The notes: generated from the letters alone by a model not told the origin. Shown: positions 49,316 through 60,640, counted from the first letter of the stretch. The stretch: 64,000 nucleotides of DNA from Promethearchaeota archaeon (GCA_048937405.1 JBHLNF010000002.1:416001-480000), one strand, 5' to 3'. Translations and numbers: made by a program.

Positions 49316-49723
49316 TTATCTAAGTAGTGGTTTTATTTTATCTTCCTGTTGGAGAAAAACAAGTATAAAAAGAGCAAGCATAATGATAGTGATTACAATT
49401 GTTAATGCAATCATAACAGGATCAAAAGCGGGGATACTAATAATTGATGTAACAAAATTAGCAAATAACCATACAATTTCAAGGATTACAACAATTTTAA
49501 CTTCTTTCCATTCTTTAGCCATCATTCCAAAAAGAGAACCCACAGTAAGTCCTGCAAAAGCAGAAGCAATTGTTAAGGACAAAGCACGAACATCATCGTT
49601 AACATATAATCCATATGTAGGACCTGTAGTATCAGGCATGAAAAACAGAATTGTAAAAATAATCCCTATTACAAAATGGATTAAAAACGTTAATTTCGTA
49701 AATTTTTGAATTTGCTCTACCAT
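49316..49723 (-). CDS. Small 4-TM membrane protein
   Basis: Four hydrophobic helices. Confidence 0.7.
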   Translation of the reverse strand: MVEQIQKFTKLTFLIHFVIGIIFTILFFMPDTTGPTYGLYVNDDVRALSLTIASAFAGLTVGSLFGMMAKEWKEVKIVVILEIVWLFANFVTSIISIPAFDPVMIALTIVITIIMLALFILVFLQQEDKIKPLLR

Positions 49724-49924
49724 ATTTTAATTCACTTTTTTTAGTTTCTTTTATTATTTAATTTTGTTTTAATATATTCCCTTTTATATAAATATACAAA
49801 TTTTACTAGCATTAGGATAATAAGAAAATTTAGTGATAAAGTAAAAACTTTTATATTCAATGAATTTCTTTTTAAAGGAGAATGAGTAGGACAGAAAAAG
49901 TTAAAAAATCCTTATAAGTAGATT

Positions 49925-51016
49925 TTAGGATTGCTTCAGTTTTCTACTTATTAGAATTGCTATAAAAGAAAAAATACCGAGTAGAAAGAAAAGATTATAT
50001 CCTGAAATTAGTCCATTTTCTCTCACACAATTATTATTTTTGATATTATTATTAGCTCCTCCGTATTCATCTTTGATACAATAATCGTTTCCTAATAATA
50101 TATTTCCCGTGACTGTGTTATTATGACTATTAGATAAATACATACCAAATTGATTATCATTTGCAGTATTTTCCGAAATAGTGTTATTATTACTAGACGA
50201 TAATTGTATCCCAACAAAACCATTATTGGCGATGTTTCCTGAGAGAACGTTATTATTAGAAAAAGATAAATATATTGACCTCCCATCTCGAATATCATTT
50301 GCGGTATTTCCCGAGAGAGAATTATTATTACATTCCCCTAAATATATCCCAAAAAAGTTGTTATTATTTACAGTATTTTCCGAGATACTGTTATTATCAC
50401 ATGCACCTAAACTTAACCCACTATTACTATTGTTATTTGCCGTGTTTCCCGAGAAATTGTTATAATCACAAAAGCCTCCATATATTCCATTTCGATTATT
50501 ATTTGCAATGTTTCTTAAAATGTTATTATTATAACTATTTAATAAATTTATACCCCGTTGAAAGCCATGTGAACAATTATTCTCAATTAATTGGGCATTT
50601 GTTACATTTGATAATTTAATTCCTTCATTAGAATAATCTCCTGTATTATAGAGTGTACAATTTTCAATCCTAAAATATACAATGGAATTCTCAATTATGA
50701 TGCCACTTGTTGATCCTCCCACATTAATTACCAAATCTTCTATTAAATATGGTTCAGAATAAGTGCCATTTCATGTACAAATTCCTGCTTCTTTAGCGAC
50801 AGACCAATTAAAGCTTGGATCGATATCATCAATATAAATCGGTCCCAAAACAGCTGAGATTTCTAAATTTTTATAAATAAATTGATTATTATGAATCAAA
50901 CTCATACCATATTCTCTGGTTTCAATTACTGGGTTATAGGTAAAAAGAGGTAAGAAAGCGAAAATGATCCCTAACACTAATAAAATTATTAATTTTGGAT
51001 TTGAAGGTGATTTCAT
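49925..51016 (-). pseudogene. NosD/CASH parallel beta-helix surface protein interrupted by an in-frame TGA (50771-50773)
   Basis: The two listed ORFs are in one frame: ...AGICT*NGTYSEPYLIEDLVINVGG. Signal peptide, GIYL..SNNN..SGNTAN repeats and a GY+TM+basic (Loki-CTERM-like) tail are present. Confidence 0.75.
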
Positions 51017-51318
51017 TCTAATTTCATCTAATTTTATTAAAATAAATTATAAAGAAATTTTATCTCTAATATAAGTTAAACTTTAGATTTTAAATAAATT
51101 TACTAATTGAATTTCACTCTGTCTGGACATTCTAATAAAATTATAAAGATTTCATTCTCTAATAAAAAAGTGGATTATAAAATATCTATAATTTTGGCAA
51201 CTCTATAAATTTATAATGTATTTAGTTAATTTTTTAGTAATCTCTCTTTAAACTATCTTCAAATTTAATATATTTTACAGAAATTTCTATTTATAAATAA
51301 AAGACTAAACTATTTTGT

Positions 51319-52605
51319 ATGAATGATTATAATCTCTTTCGAATTAAAAATCAGACTTATCCAACTTTAAAATTTATAGAGGATTTAAGATGTGAATTAA
51401 GAAATTATTCTGAAGAATTAGCAATGATTTTTCCAAAAAGAATTACCAAATATTCTAATAGAGATCTTTCAAGACTATGGAATGGATATGATTATTATAT
51501 AAAAAATCTGAAAAGGAGAAAAGAAACCTACAGAATTGAAAATGAAAAATTAGATTTATTAAAAACTAGAATATTTAATTTTTATGGTTCAAAGTCTATT
51601 AAATGTTTTGACATTATCCAAAGATATGAGAAGTATAAAATTGATCGGAATTTACTATTTTTTATGCTTAGAGCAGAATTGGGCAGAATTTCTGGATTAA
51701 TTGAAGTTACTAATGAGGAAATGGGTATAATTTTGCAGGGTACACCATATTACATTCATGATAAGATATTTTTTATAAGAAGCCAAAATCCCAATTTCAA
51801 ATTTTCTATAGAAAGGCTTGACTATATGGAGCAGAACATTAAAATTATTTTTGTTTTTAAAGCTAAAGGCATATTAAAATTTATTCAAAAATATAAAAGG
51901 ATTAATCCAGACTTAAAATTGTATTCAAAACAACAATATGTAATCAAGAAACCATATTTTTTTAAGAAAATAGATACTTTTGAGAAAGCATATTGGTTTG
52001 GTTTTTTACAAGCAGATGGATGGTTAGATTTAAAGGAATGTCGTTTAGGTCTCGAACTCTCAATTAAAGATAAAGATCAAGTTATTGCATGGGCAAAATT
52101 AATGGGACTTGAATCTAATCGTGTAAAAGAGCGTATTAGAATCCTAAAATATAAAGGAAAAATAAAGAGTTTTAAAATGGTAAATTTAAAGTTTGTTTGT
52201 AAACCAATGGCAATAGATCTTTTTAATCATGGATTTATAAAATTAAAAAAAGGAACTCTTGATATTCCAAAATTTGTTACAAAAAGTATAAGAAAAAAAA
52301 ATAAGATTATAGCATATGCATGGCTTTTGGGATTATTTGATGGAGATGGAACTCTAAATGAAGATAAGAAATTAGTTAGACTTTATTCGAATAATAAAAT
52401 GCTTCTAATTAAAATTAAATACTATTTTAATATTTGTTATGGTGTTCTAAAAAACCATGAAGGACAATTATGTGAATTCATATCGAAAAATTCAAATAGT
52501 GAGTATATTAAATCAAAACCTCAATATTCTTTGCAAATAGATTGGGACATTTTTAAAAACAATTTAAATATTAGAAATTATGGATTACAAAGAAAACGAG
52601 TTTAA
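51319..52605 (+). CDS. Free-standing LAGLIDADG homing endonuclease-like protein
   Basis: Two motifs, AYWFGFLQADG and AWLLGLFDGDG; basic N-terminal extension. Confidence 0.8.
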   Translation: MNDYNLFRIKNQTYPTLKFIEDLRCELRNYSEELAMIFPKRITKYSNRDLSRLWNGYDYYIKNLKRRKETYRIENEKLDLLKTRIFNFYGSKSIKCFDIIQRYEKYKIDRNLLFFMLRAELGRISGLIEVTNEEMGIILQGTPYYIHDKIFFIRSQNPNFKFSIERLDYMEQNIKIIFVFKAKGILKFIQKYKRINPDLKLYSKQQYVIKKPYFFKKIDTFEKAYWFGFLQADGWLDLKECRLGLELSIKDKDQVIAWAKLMGLESNRVKERIRILKYKGKIKSFKMVNLKFVCKPMAIDLFNHGFIKLKKGTLDIPKFVTKSIRKKNKIIAYAWLLGLFDGDGTLNEDKKLVRLYSNNKMLLIKIKYYFNICYGVLKNHEGQLCEFISKNSNSEYIKSKPQYSLQIDWDIFKNNLNIRNYGLQRKRV

Positions 52606-52636
52606 ATAGATTTAATATTAAATTACAAAAAAAAAT

Positions 52637-53431
52637 TTAAAGTCCTTTTGGACTATTTTGATAAATTTTAAATGCTTCCTCAACAGAAGCGTTTTCATGA
52701 ACTATTGCGCGTACAGCTTTAATCATTCCAATAGGGGAATCGCTTTGGAATATATTCCTTCCCATGTCGACACCGATTGCTCCTCTATCAATAGCATCCT
52801 TACTCATTTGCAATGCATCTTTTTCTGGAATTTTTCGTCCACCTGCGATAACAATTGGTGCAGGACAAATGCCTGTAACTTCTTGAAAGTTCTCACAATA
52901 ATACGTCTTTACAAAAGTAGCACCCATTTCTGCTGCCATTCTGCTTGCCATTCCTAGATATCGTGCATCTCTAACCATTTCTCTACCTACAGCTGTGACC
53001 GCTAAAGTAGGAATACCATATTGTTGCCCCCAGTTGACTAATTTTGATAAATTCATTAAAGATTGCTTCTCATATTCACCTCCCACAAATATTGAGCAAG
53101 TAATCGCAGAAACATTTAATCTTAATGCATCATCTACAGCAACATTTATTTCTTCATTAGAGAGTTCTTTTAACATTGAAGCACCAGCAGATACGCGTAA
53201 AACAATTGGTACATCAAGTTCTGAAGGTACACAATTTCTTAGCATCCCACGTGTAAGCATTAGTGCGTCAGCATATTCAAATAATGGGGTCATATCACTA
53301 AAACATTTTAATTGACCGGGAATATTTCCGAAATATCCATGATCGATAGCTAACATTACGCATCGTCCAGATTTAGGTTTGATGATCCTATTTAGCCTAT
53401 TTTGAAAGCCCCAATCACCCACTACAACCAT
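52637..53431 (-). CDS. lsrF: LsrF-like class I aldolase/thiolase
   Basis: DWG..NRL.RI, LAIDHGY, VKTYY, IAGG.K, DMGRNIFQ. Confidence 0.85.
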   Translation of the reverse strand: MVVVGDWGFQNRLNRIIKPKSGRCVMLAIDHGYFGNIPGQLKCFSDMTPLFEYADALMLTRGMLRNCVPSELDVPIVLRVSAGASMLKELSNEEINVAVDDALRLNVSAITCSIFVGGEYEKQSLMNLSKLVNWGQQYGIPTLAVTAVGREMVRDARYLGMASRMAAEMGATFVKTYYCENFQEVTGICPAPIVIAGGRKIPEKDALQMSKDAIDRGAIGVDMGRNIFQSDSPIGMIKAVRAIVHENASVEEAFKIYQNSPKGL

Positions 53432-53550
53432 TTTTTGTTCCCTCTTTAATATTTTGAATATAAAATTAGGTTTATTTTTTTAAAATAAATTAATGATCGC
53501 TATTTTATTTTTTCTAAAAAATCTACAAAAGAAACATCATTAAAAAATAT

Positions 53551-54399
53551 TTAAAGCACACTTAAGAATTTTCCCACTCTGCTCTTAATTTTTGAGGCTA
53601 AGCTTTTTGAAATATTCCGTTTTATAAACTCTTTTATTAAATTCAAGCGGTAATTGTTAATTTTCTTTATTTGTAGATCATTTGAAATTTTTTCTATTAG
53701 CTCATCTTCATAAATTTCGCTAATATCCTTAAGAACTGAAATTGTATATTTAACTTCTTTTACAAAATTGATAATATCTTGTCGTAATAGCATTATTTGT
53801 TGCTCTCCATCCATAATTTCGATTGCTCGTTTAATGATATCCTCTTCAAATTTAAGTTTCGATGTCCACGGAGTTTGAAAAATGTTTTGATGTGTATCCA
53901 TTATAAAAGCATCCGAATCTTTAATTTTAATTTTATTCAGTGTTTTCTTTTCAAGTAGAAAAAAAGTTTTATTACCTCTGTATTCCTCCGGTAAGAAATT
54001 ATCCCAAATACTATTAAGTGATTCCTCATTATATTCGAAATCATCATCATTTAAAATATACGTAGGATAATTGAAGATTTTTGCATGTATTAAATTTAAA
54101 ATGCCATATACTCCAAAAATCTTAATCAAATTTCTTAGATTGCCTTTTTCTGAAACTTCAGTTTTATCCAATTGAGCAATATGCATCAGTTGGATGTCAA
54201 TTTTATCGTATCCTATTATATTTCCTTTTGTGTCTACGAATACAATAAACTGATGCTGTGGACATACAGCTTTTATAGGTACTTGTATTTTAATAGAGCC
54301 AAATTTTTTTTGAGAAAAAACAGCTTCAGGAATATTAATACTTTTCACAATTCCACATATTGGACATTTAACTTCGAGTGTTTTAAATATATCAGTCAT
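53551..54399 (-). CDS. Zn-ribbon-like hypothetical protein (paralogous N-terminus to 9855-10424)
   Basis: CPICG...VCPQHQFIVFVD..IIGYDKID. Confidence 0.6.
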   Translation of the reverse strand: MTDIFKTLEVKCPICGIVKSINIPEAVFSQKKFGSIKIQVPIKAVCPQHQFIVFVDTKGNIIGYDKIDIQLMHIAQLDKTEVSEKGNLRNLIKIFGVYGILNLIHAKIFNYPTYILNDDDFEYNEESLNSIWDNFLPEEYRGNKTFFLLEKKTLNKIKIKDSDAFIMDTHQNIFQTPWTSKLKFEEDIIKRAIEIMDGEQQIMLLRQDIINFVKEVKYTISVLKDISEIYEDELIEKISNDLQIKKINNYRLNLIKEFIKRNISKSLASKIKSRVGKFLSVL

Positions 54400-54591
54400 T
54401 ATTTAAATTATTTAAGAAATATTTGTAAAAATATTATTGTGCACAAGAATAAATAATTTTTTTTTAGATATGTCTTTATTCATTCTGAATTTTACTTTTT
54501 AATAAATCCAAATTAAAATTTTTTATATTTTCAAATCTTCTAGTAATCAATATCTAGCTACTTGGATTTAAATTTAATTTAAGAGATATTT

Positions 54592-55896
54592 ATGGAAATT
54601 GAAGTTTTAAAAGAAGATTCTGAGTATATGTATAATATCATAGAAAAGATAATTGACGAATGTGGACCGCGAATGCCATGTAGTCCTCAAGAAGCCAAAA
54701 GTGCGGAAATCATTAAAAAAGAACTTGAACAAACATGTGATGAAGTAAAGATTGAACCTTTCAGATGTCATCCAAGAGCAGCGCTTGGGTGGATAAGGAT
54801 TGCAATTCTAACTGTTGTAATGTCGTTTAGTTTATTTTTTTTAATAAAACTATTTCAGGATTCAATATGGGTATATTTATTGTCTGTTTTATCATCGTTT
54901 TTTATAATATTAGGAATTACAATTGCGTGGGAGGAGTTTTTCTGTTATAAAGAATTTATTGATCCTATTTTTAAAGAAAAAGAATCACAAAATGTTATTG
55001 GTAAGATAAAATCTCCGGATAAAATTAATAAAATCATAATTTTTTCAGGTCACCATGATAGTGCTTTGCAATTTAATCTTTTAAGATATTTTAAATATGG
55101 TTATGTACCAATAGTCTTTCTAGGATTGGGCATTTTTTTTCTCTGGTTTCTCGTTTCTTTATTTTTCTTATTTTTAACCCTCTTCACATTTATCATAGAT
55201 TTTGTTAAGATATATGATTTTTTCTTTTACATAGCACTTTGTTTAATAATAATCGCAGCTGCACCAATGGTGCTTTTGCTGTTTTTTGTTACCCCTGGAA
55301 AAGGAGCCAATAAGGTTCCTGGTGCAGTAGACAACTTAAGTGCGGTTGCTGTTGTACTAGGTATTGGCAGATATCTAAAGAATAATAAAGAATTAATTCC
55401 TAAAAACACAGAAATAAGGTTAATTTCATTTGGATGTGAGGAAGCTTTTTTAAGAGGTGCCTATCGTTATGTAAAAAATCACTTAGATGGATTAAAAAGA
55501 TATGATACAGAATGTGTGAATATGGATGGAATTCAAAGTTTGAAAAACCTTTCATTTTTAGATAAAGAACCTACGACTAGAACGATTCATAGTGAAGAAG
55601 TTGTTCAAAAACTTAATGAAGCTGCTAAATTAGTTGGTGTTAAAGTAAAAGTGTCTAGTTTAGGAGGAGGAAGCTTTCTAGAAAATATTGTAGGTATAAT
55701 AGGAGGAGGTACTGATGCTACTGCTTTTTCAAAATCAAATATTAAAGCAAGTAGCATCACAGCTATAAATCTATTAAAATTTGTTCATTTTTACCATCAG
55801 GAAACAGATACTCTCGATAAAATAGAAGAGGGTGCATTGGAATGTGCTTTAAAGCTATGTCTTGGATATTTGATAAACGAATCTCAAAATAAATAA
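54592..55896 (+). CDS. M28 family peptidase with membrane-spanning insertions
   Basis: GHHDS, GAVDNLSA, GCEE, NMD, TDA, YH..D. Confidence 0.85.
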   Translation: MEIEVLKEDSEYMYNIIEKIIDECGPRMPCSPQEAKSAEIIKKELEQTCDEVKIEPFRCHPRAALGWIRIAILTVVMSFSLFFLIKLFQDSIWVYLLSVLSSFFIILGITIAWEEFFCYKEFIDPIFKEKESQNVIGKIKSPDKINKIIIFSGHHDSALQFNLLRYFKYGYVPIVFLGLGIFFLWFLVSLFFLFLTLFTFIIDFVKIYDFFFYIALCLIIIAAAPMVLLLFFVTPGKGANKVPGAVDNLSAVAVVLGIGRYLKNNKELIPKNTEIRLISFGCEEAFLRGAYRYVKNHLDGLKRYDTECVNMDGIQSLKNLSFLDKEPTTRTIHSEEVVQKLNEAAKLVGVKVKVSSLGGGSFLENIVGIIGGGTDATAFSKSNIKASSITAINLLKFVHFYHQETDTLDKIEEGALECALKLCLGYLINESQNK

Positions 55897-55999
55897 TAGC
55901 AATTAATGCCATTTTTAATTTAATTAGAATATCTTCAATAAGCTTTTTGAATGACTCTTCAATAAAATTAAGAAATTAAAAAAGAAAAATAAAGTGAAA

Positions 56000-58585
56000 T
56001 CAGAAATCTGTTCTTTCTTTAGCGAGCAATCTTACAATAATCATTATGAGGAGAGTTGGAACAACGCCAATACCAAAAACTAAGAACAATGTTGCGTTAA
56101 AAAGATTTGGGAAAGTAACGTTTAAAAATAATTGACCTATCGTATCTATTAAATAATGTATTATTATACTAGGTATCAGGCTTTTAGTTTTAGTATACAT
56201 ATAAGCAAAAGCAAAACCCAAAAAGCTAGCAAATATTATTTGCATAAAAGTAAGATAATAGTTTTGTCCACTTAATAGATTCAATAAATGAAAAAGACCA
56301 AAAAACAAACCGTTTAGAATTATTGAAGTAGTTCGAGAATATTTTTTTAATTGCAAATTTAATATAACACCTCTAAAAGCTACTTCTTCCCATAATCCTG
56401 CTCTAAGCATAAATAGGAATATAAACCATCCCATTCTAAGACTTCCTGATTCTATTCTAGGATTTCTTAACAGAATACTAGGATCGAATGAATAACTGCC
56501 AAGAATTATAGCAAAAAGTACTGTAGAAAACCCAAATACTACAATACTAGCAATACATATTAAAAGATTACGCCATACGGGTTTAAAAGTAACTAATTTA
56601 ATTGTTTGAGTATATTCTTTAAATGATTCTTTATTTGGTAATTTTAATCCTAACGGAACTAATACTAACCATAATAACGCCAACAATCCAAGGTTTATAA
56701 AGAAGTCACTCAATAATGTTGCTAATACTGGAAGATCTAATAAAATGGGTAATAAAAGGAATTCAATTGGACCTACTAAGAACATAAAAACAAAATATAA
56801 AGCCATCAATGAGAAAGTTCCCCAATTTACATGTTCTCTTAGAAAACCTCCTGTAATATAATCCCTGATTTCTTCTTTCTTAGGAAATAATCTGGAAAAC
56901 GCAAATATCAAAATAATCAATGAAATAATACCAATTATCCCTAAGGTTATTATTGTAATCTCAAATCCGAAGAGAACAAATAATATTGACCCTATTATAA
57001 AAATAGTAATAAAAAAAGCACCTTCTATTAGGATCATGCTAATCCATTTTATAATCTTATGTTCTTTATTTAATTCTACAAGAACATACTTATATTTCAT
57101 TTGACCAAATAACTTAATTTTCATTTCAAACAAGAGTAATAAGAAAGACCAAGCAATAGGTAAACTTACTAAAAGTAATATAAGTACAATGATTGAATTC
57201 AATAGAATTGTAAGTATTAATGAGGTTAAGGTAAGAGACAATCCTTGAATAGACAAGATTAGAAATATCTTCCCTTTTGCCTGATCTCTAGGGAGTATCG
57301 GTAAGGAAGCTACTGTAGATGAGCCTGATTCTTCAATATTTAGAAATCCCACAATTAACATAAATGGAATAATGAGGTAAACGATGAGAATAATACTCCA
57401 TAGGATTAATATTCCCTCGATCGAGGTTATTGCCATTGTGATTGCTGTAGTCATTGTAAAAATAAAAAATAATGGATAAAATATTGGTAAGAAGATAAAC
57501 ATAAATGATTGAATATCTCGAGTAGATGATGTAATGTCTTTTCGAATATAGGCTATAATACTTGAAGTGGATTTTATTTCAATTTCAATCTCTTTCTTTT
57601 CTGTCTTTTCAGTTTTAATTTCTGCTGATATCGCACTATGCAGTGATTTTTGAGCATGTTTAAATAACCTCCATACAAAAACTAAAAATAAGGCAAAACC
57701 AGTAAAAGAAGTAAGAATAATACCTAAATGTAATTGACCTGAAATAGTAGCTAATGATATTAAATATGCTGAAGAAAAAGGATATGGTATAATGCCTAAA
57801 AAAATGATTAAAAAAATGTTAGGTTCGCTATTAGCAAAAACTTCGAAAAGACTCTCAACTGTAGTTATTCCCCAGCTAAAAATAAAACTGCTTGTAAACA
57901 TTATGATAAAATATCCAAGCATAGTTATAGTTCTGAGTAAGTTTGCTCTTCTTGATCCGGATTTCGATTCTGCAAAAAGAAAACTCATCTTTTCTCCAAC
58001 AATGACTAGTACACTAAAGCAAAATAAAATATTAAAAAAGGATGTTAATAATGACGCAAGGAAAATCAGTATATTTTGTGTTCCTATTAACATAATAACT
58101 GGAAATCCAATCATTAAAACTATCATAGGGATATCGAGATTACGAAATATTGTCATTATACCAATTTTTTTTAAGTTTTTTTTAGATATAGGAAGTGTTT
58201 GCAACCATTTGAAAGAATTACCTGACATAAATGAACTAGTTGATATCATACCTAACATTAAGAAATATAGAAGCGTTAATCCAAAATAAAGCACAAATAG
58301 AAGAGATGATATAAAAAAAAGTGTATTTATCGTATAAACACCTTCAGTAAGATGCTCATTAATTGAAAAAAAACTTGCTAATGGAAAAATAGGTAATACT
58401 AAAAATAGAAATGAAAATACAATTTTAAGCACATTAAATTGAGTTTTAACATAGTTCTTGTTTCTCTTAAATTTTTCAATTAGTCTTGCTTGATGAGCAC
58501 CCGCACTTGCTATTTGACTATCCATTAAAATTTCATAACAGGTGAATTTTGATAGATGGTAAAACTTTAAATTTTCTTCTTCCAT
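56000..58585 (-). CDS. ABC transporter permease fused to C-terminal CPBP intramembrane protease
   Basis: Many TM helices with duplicated (T/S)LPI motifs and YIRKD; C-terminal WEEVAFRG, FGLFH, IIHYLID. Confidence 0.8.
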   Translation of the reverse strand: MEEENLKFYHLSKFTCYEILMDSQIASAGAHQARLIEKFKRNKNYVKTQFNVLKIVFSFLFLVLPIFPLASFFSINEHLTEGVYTINTLFFISSLLFVLYFGLTLLYFLMLGMISTSSFMSGNSFKWLQTLPISKKNLKKIGIMTIFRNLDIPMIVLMIGFPVIMLIGTQNILIFLASLLTSFFNILFCFSVLVIVGEKMSFLFAESKSGSRRANLLRTITMLGYFIIMFTSSFIFSWGITTVESLFEVFANSEPNIFLIIFLGIIPYPFSSAYLISLATISGQLHLGIILTSFTGFALFLVFVWRLFKHAQKSLHSAISAEIKTEKTEKKEIEIEIKSTSSIIAYIRKDITSSTRDIQSFMFIFLPIFYPLFFIFTMTTAITMAITSIEGILILWSIILIVYLIIPFMLIVGFLNIEESGSSTVASLPILPRDQAKGKIFLILSIQGLSLTLTSLILTILLNSIIVLILLLVSLPIAWSFLLLLFEMKIKLFGQMKYKYVLVELNKEHKIIKWISMILIEGAFFITIFIIGSILFVLFGFEITIITLGIIGIISLIILIFAFSRLFPKKEEIRDYITGGFLREHVNWGTFSLMALYFVFMFLVGPIEFLLLPILLDLPVLATLLSDFFINLGLLALLWLVLVPLGLKLPNKESFKEYTQTIKLVTFKPVWRNLLICIASIVVFGFSTVLFAIILGSYSFDPSILLRNPRIESGSLRMGWFIFLFMLRAGLWEEVAFRGVILNLQLKKYSRTTSIILNGLFFGLFHLLNLLSGQNYYLTFMQIIFASFLGFAFAYMYTKTKSLIPSIIIHYLIDTIGQLFLNVTFPNLFNATLFLVFGIGVVPTLLIMIIVRLLAKERTDF

Positions 58586-58595
58586 CTCATTAAAC

Positions 58596-59399
58596 CTATA
58601 TATTTCTCGATTTAAAGGATTGTCTTAACTTCTCAACTATTTCATTTACAGATGTGTCTTGCTCAGTTAACCTTAAAAAAACATCCTCCAAGCTTGCTCC
58701 GATTTTGTTAGATTGCTTGCGAAGTTCTTCCATTGTGCCAATCCCAACCATTTTACCTTTATTTATAATCCCTATTCTATCACATAAATCTTGAGCAATC
58801 TCCATAATATGTGTTGAAAATAATACTGATCCACCCCTTTGTGTATGAATTTCTAATATAGATTTAAATACTCTTACAGATTTTGCATCTAAGCCTGAGA
58901 TTGGTTCATCTAAAATCAGTAAATCTGGTTCATGAAGGATAGCTGCTATTATTTGCAATTTTTGTTTATTACCGTGGGATAAGGTAGCAATTAATTGATC
59001 ATAATATTCCTCTGCTTCCAAGCTTTCTAAATATTCTTTTGCGAGAACAGTCGTTTTTTCTTCATCTAATTGTCTTATTGAGGCAATAAAATTGAACAAA
59101 TTTTTTGGAGTTAATGATTTGAAAATCAATGGCTCCTCACTTACATACCCAATTCGACGTTTAATCTCCACTTCATCACGTTCAGGATTCATCCCAAACA
59201 CACTCATTTCTCCTTCATTTGGCTCAAGCAATCCTAATAATAGCTTTATTGTGGTTGTTTTTCCAGCCCCATTTGGTCCTAAAAGTCCAAAAACTTCACC
59301 TTGATGAACACTAAAAGATATCCCATCTACGGCTTTAACATCACCAAAAAATTTCTTTAATCCATCGACTTTAATTATTTCATGATTAGACATTGTCAA
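58596..59399 (-). CDS. ABC transporter ATP-binding protein
   Basis: GPNGAGKT, LSHGN, LILDEP, STH. Confidence 0.95.
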   Translation of the reverse strand: MTMSNHEIIKVDGLKKFFGDVKAVDGISFSVHQGEVFGLLGPNGAGKTTTIKLLLGLLEPNEGEMSVFGMNPERDEVEIKRRIGYVSEEPLIFKSLTPKNLFNFIASIRQLDEEKTTVLAKEYLESLEAEEYYDQLIATLSHGNKQKLQIIAAILHEPDLLILDEPISGLDAKSVRVFKSILEIHTQRGGSVLFSTHIMEIAQDLCDRIGIINKGKMVGIGTMEELRKQSNKIGASLEDVFLRLTEQDTSVNEIVEKLRQSFKSRNI

Positions 59400-59621
59400 T
59401 CAATAAAATTGATATTTTAACATAAATTTTCGCAGAAAAAATTATATATATACATTTATATTTTTACATATAATACTATATTTAAATATTATGAAATATT
59501 CTTAGTTAAGGTAAAAAGCTTTTCTACCAATAGATTATAATTATTTTAATGATATATCTCAGTATATATTAATTCCATAGAAACACATAATTTTGAATTC
59601 AAATCCAATATCATACCCGTC

Positions 59622-60566
59622 TCATTCCTGATTGACGATTATTACTATTGAAATTATTATTATTATCGTCCCAACTAAATGGGCTATACTAAACGTTTCT
59701 CCAAGAATAATAGTGGCAAAAAATGCAGAAGATATCGGAGTAGGGGCCAATAAAGTAGTTGCTTTTGAAACATCCAAATAAGAGAGTGTTAAATACCAAC
59801 ATATTAGTCCTGATCCGTACACGGCTCCCATTACAAAAAAAAATAATAAATTGGCAGGTTCAGTAAAAAGATAATAATCTGGAGTAAAGAAGATTAAATA
59901 AGTAGATAATAAAACCATACCAGATATAAAATTCCTAAGAAAGACCATTTGAATTGGTGTTGCTTCATTTCTAGTAAATATTGGTTTTGTTAGTGTATGA
60001 CCAACCATATATAAAAACGCAATTAATAGTAATATTCCTACTCCAATCAAAATATTGATACTTATTTCAAGTAGACTAAAAAATTGAGTAATACTTATCG
60101 CCAAACCAAAAAATAGTACAAATGAAAATAAAATTTGAATTTTTGTTATCTTTTCTTTTAAAATTAAATATCCTAAAATTATTCCAAAAAAAACTGTGGT
60201 TTTTTGAGTTAAAGAACCATTAATAGCACCAGCCAAATCATAGCCTACAAAGAAGAAAACTTGGTTTACACTGAATACAATTCCAATAAAAATTAATAAA
60301 GAAAGATTTTTCTTCCAGTTTTTTAAATACTCAAATTTTTTATATTCATTTATATTACTATTAAAATTTTGAGTTTTTTTCTTCAAAATTTTTAATTCAT
60401 AAACCATTATTGGTAAAAAAATTATTGATTCAACCAAACATGTCATAGCTCCTGAGATATACGCATCAACAGCGCTAGGTCTTGAAATTGCAATTATTGG
60501 TTGTAATCCAACAAAAAAGATTGCTATAAACCCAGTTACTAGACCTTTCTTAATGTTTTTATCCAA
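59622..60566 (-). CDS. DMT/EamA family transporter
   Basis: About 10 TM helices; LKEKI and LGETF repeat-end motifs. Confidence 0.85.
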   Translation of the reverse strand: MDKNIKKGLVTGFIAIFFVGLQPIIAISRPSAVDAYISGAMTCLVESIIFLPIMVYELKILKKKTQNFNSNINEYKKFEYLKNWKKNLSLLIFIGIVFSVNQVFFFVGYDLAGAINGSLTQKTTVFFGIILGYLILKEKITKIQILFSFVLFFGLAISITQFFSLLEISINILIGVGILLLIAFLYMVGHTLTKPIFTRNEATPIQMVFLRNFISGMVLLSTYLIFFTPDYYLFTEPANLLFFFVMGAVYGSGLICWYLTLSYLDVSKATTLLAPTPISSAFFATIILGETFSIAHLVGTIIIIISIVIIVNQE

Positions 60567-60640
60567 CGTAAATATGAAAATGTAGTGAATACTTTAAAGT
60601 TTTATTTTGAAAGTAATTAGTTAATTTTTTTCAAAAATAA

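Noticed and set aside
50100-50540. Periodic GTTATTATT...TTTCC repeats as a CRISPR or DNA repeat array
   Set aside because: They are the codon footprint of Asn-rich beta-helix protein repeats; there is no constant repeat-spacer structure.
50771-50773. Selenocysteine recoding of the in-frame TGA
   Set aside because: The position corresponds to a Gly in the CTGxGT-type motif, not a catalytic Cys, and I see no convincing SECIS-like hairpin.
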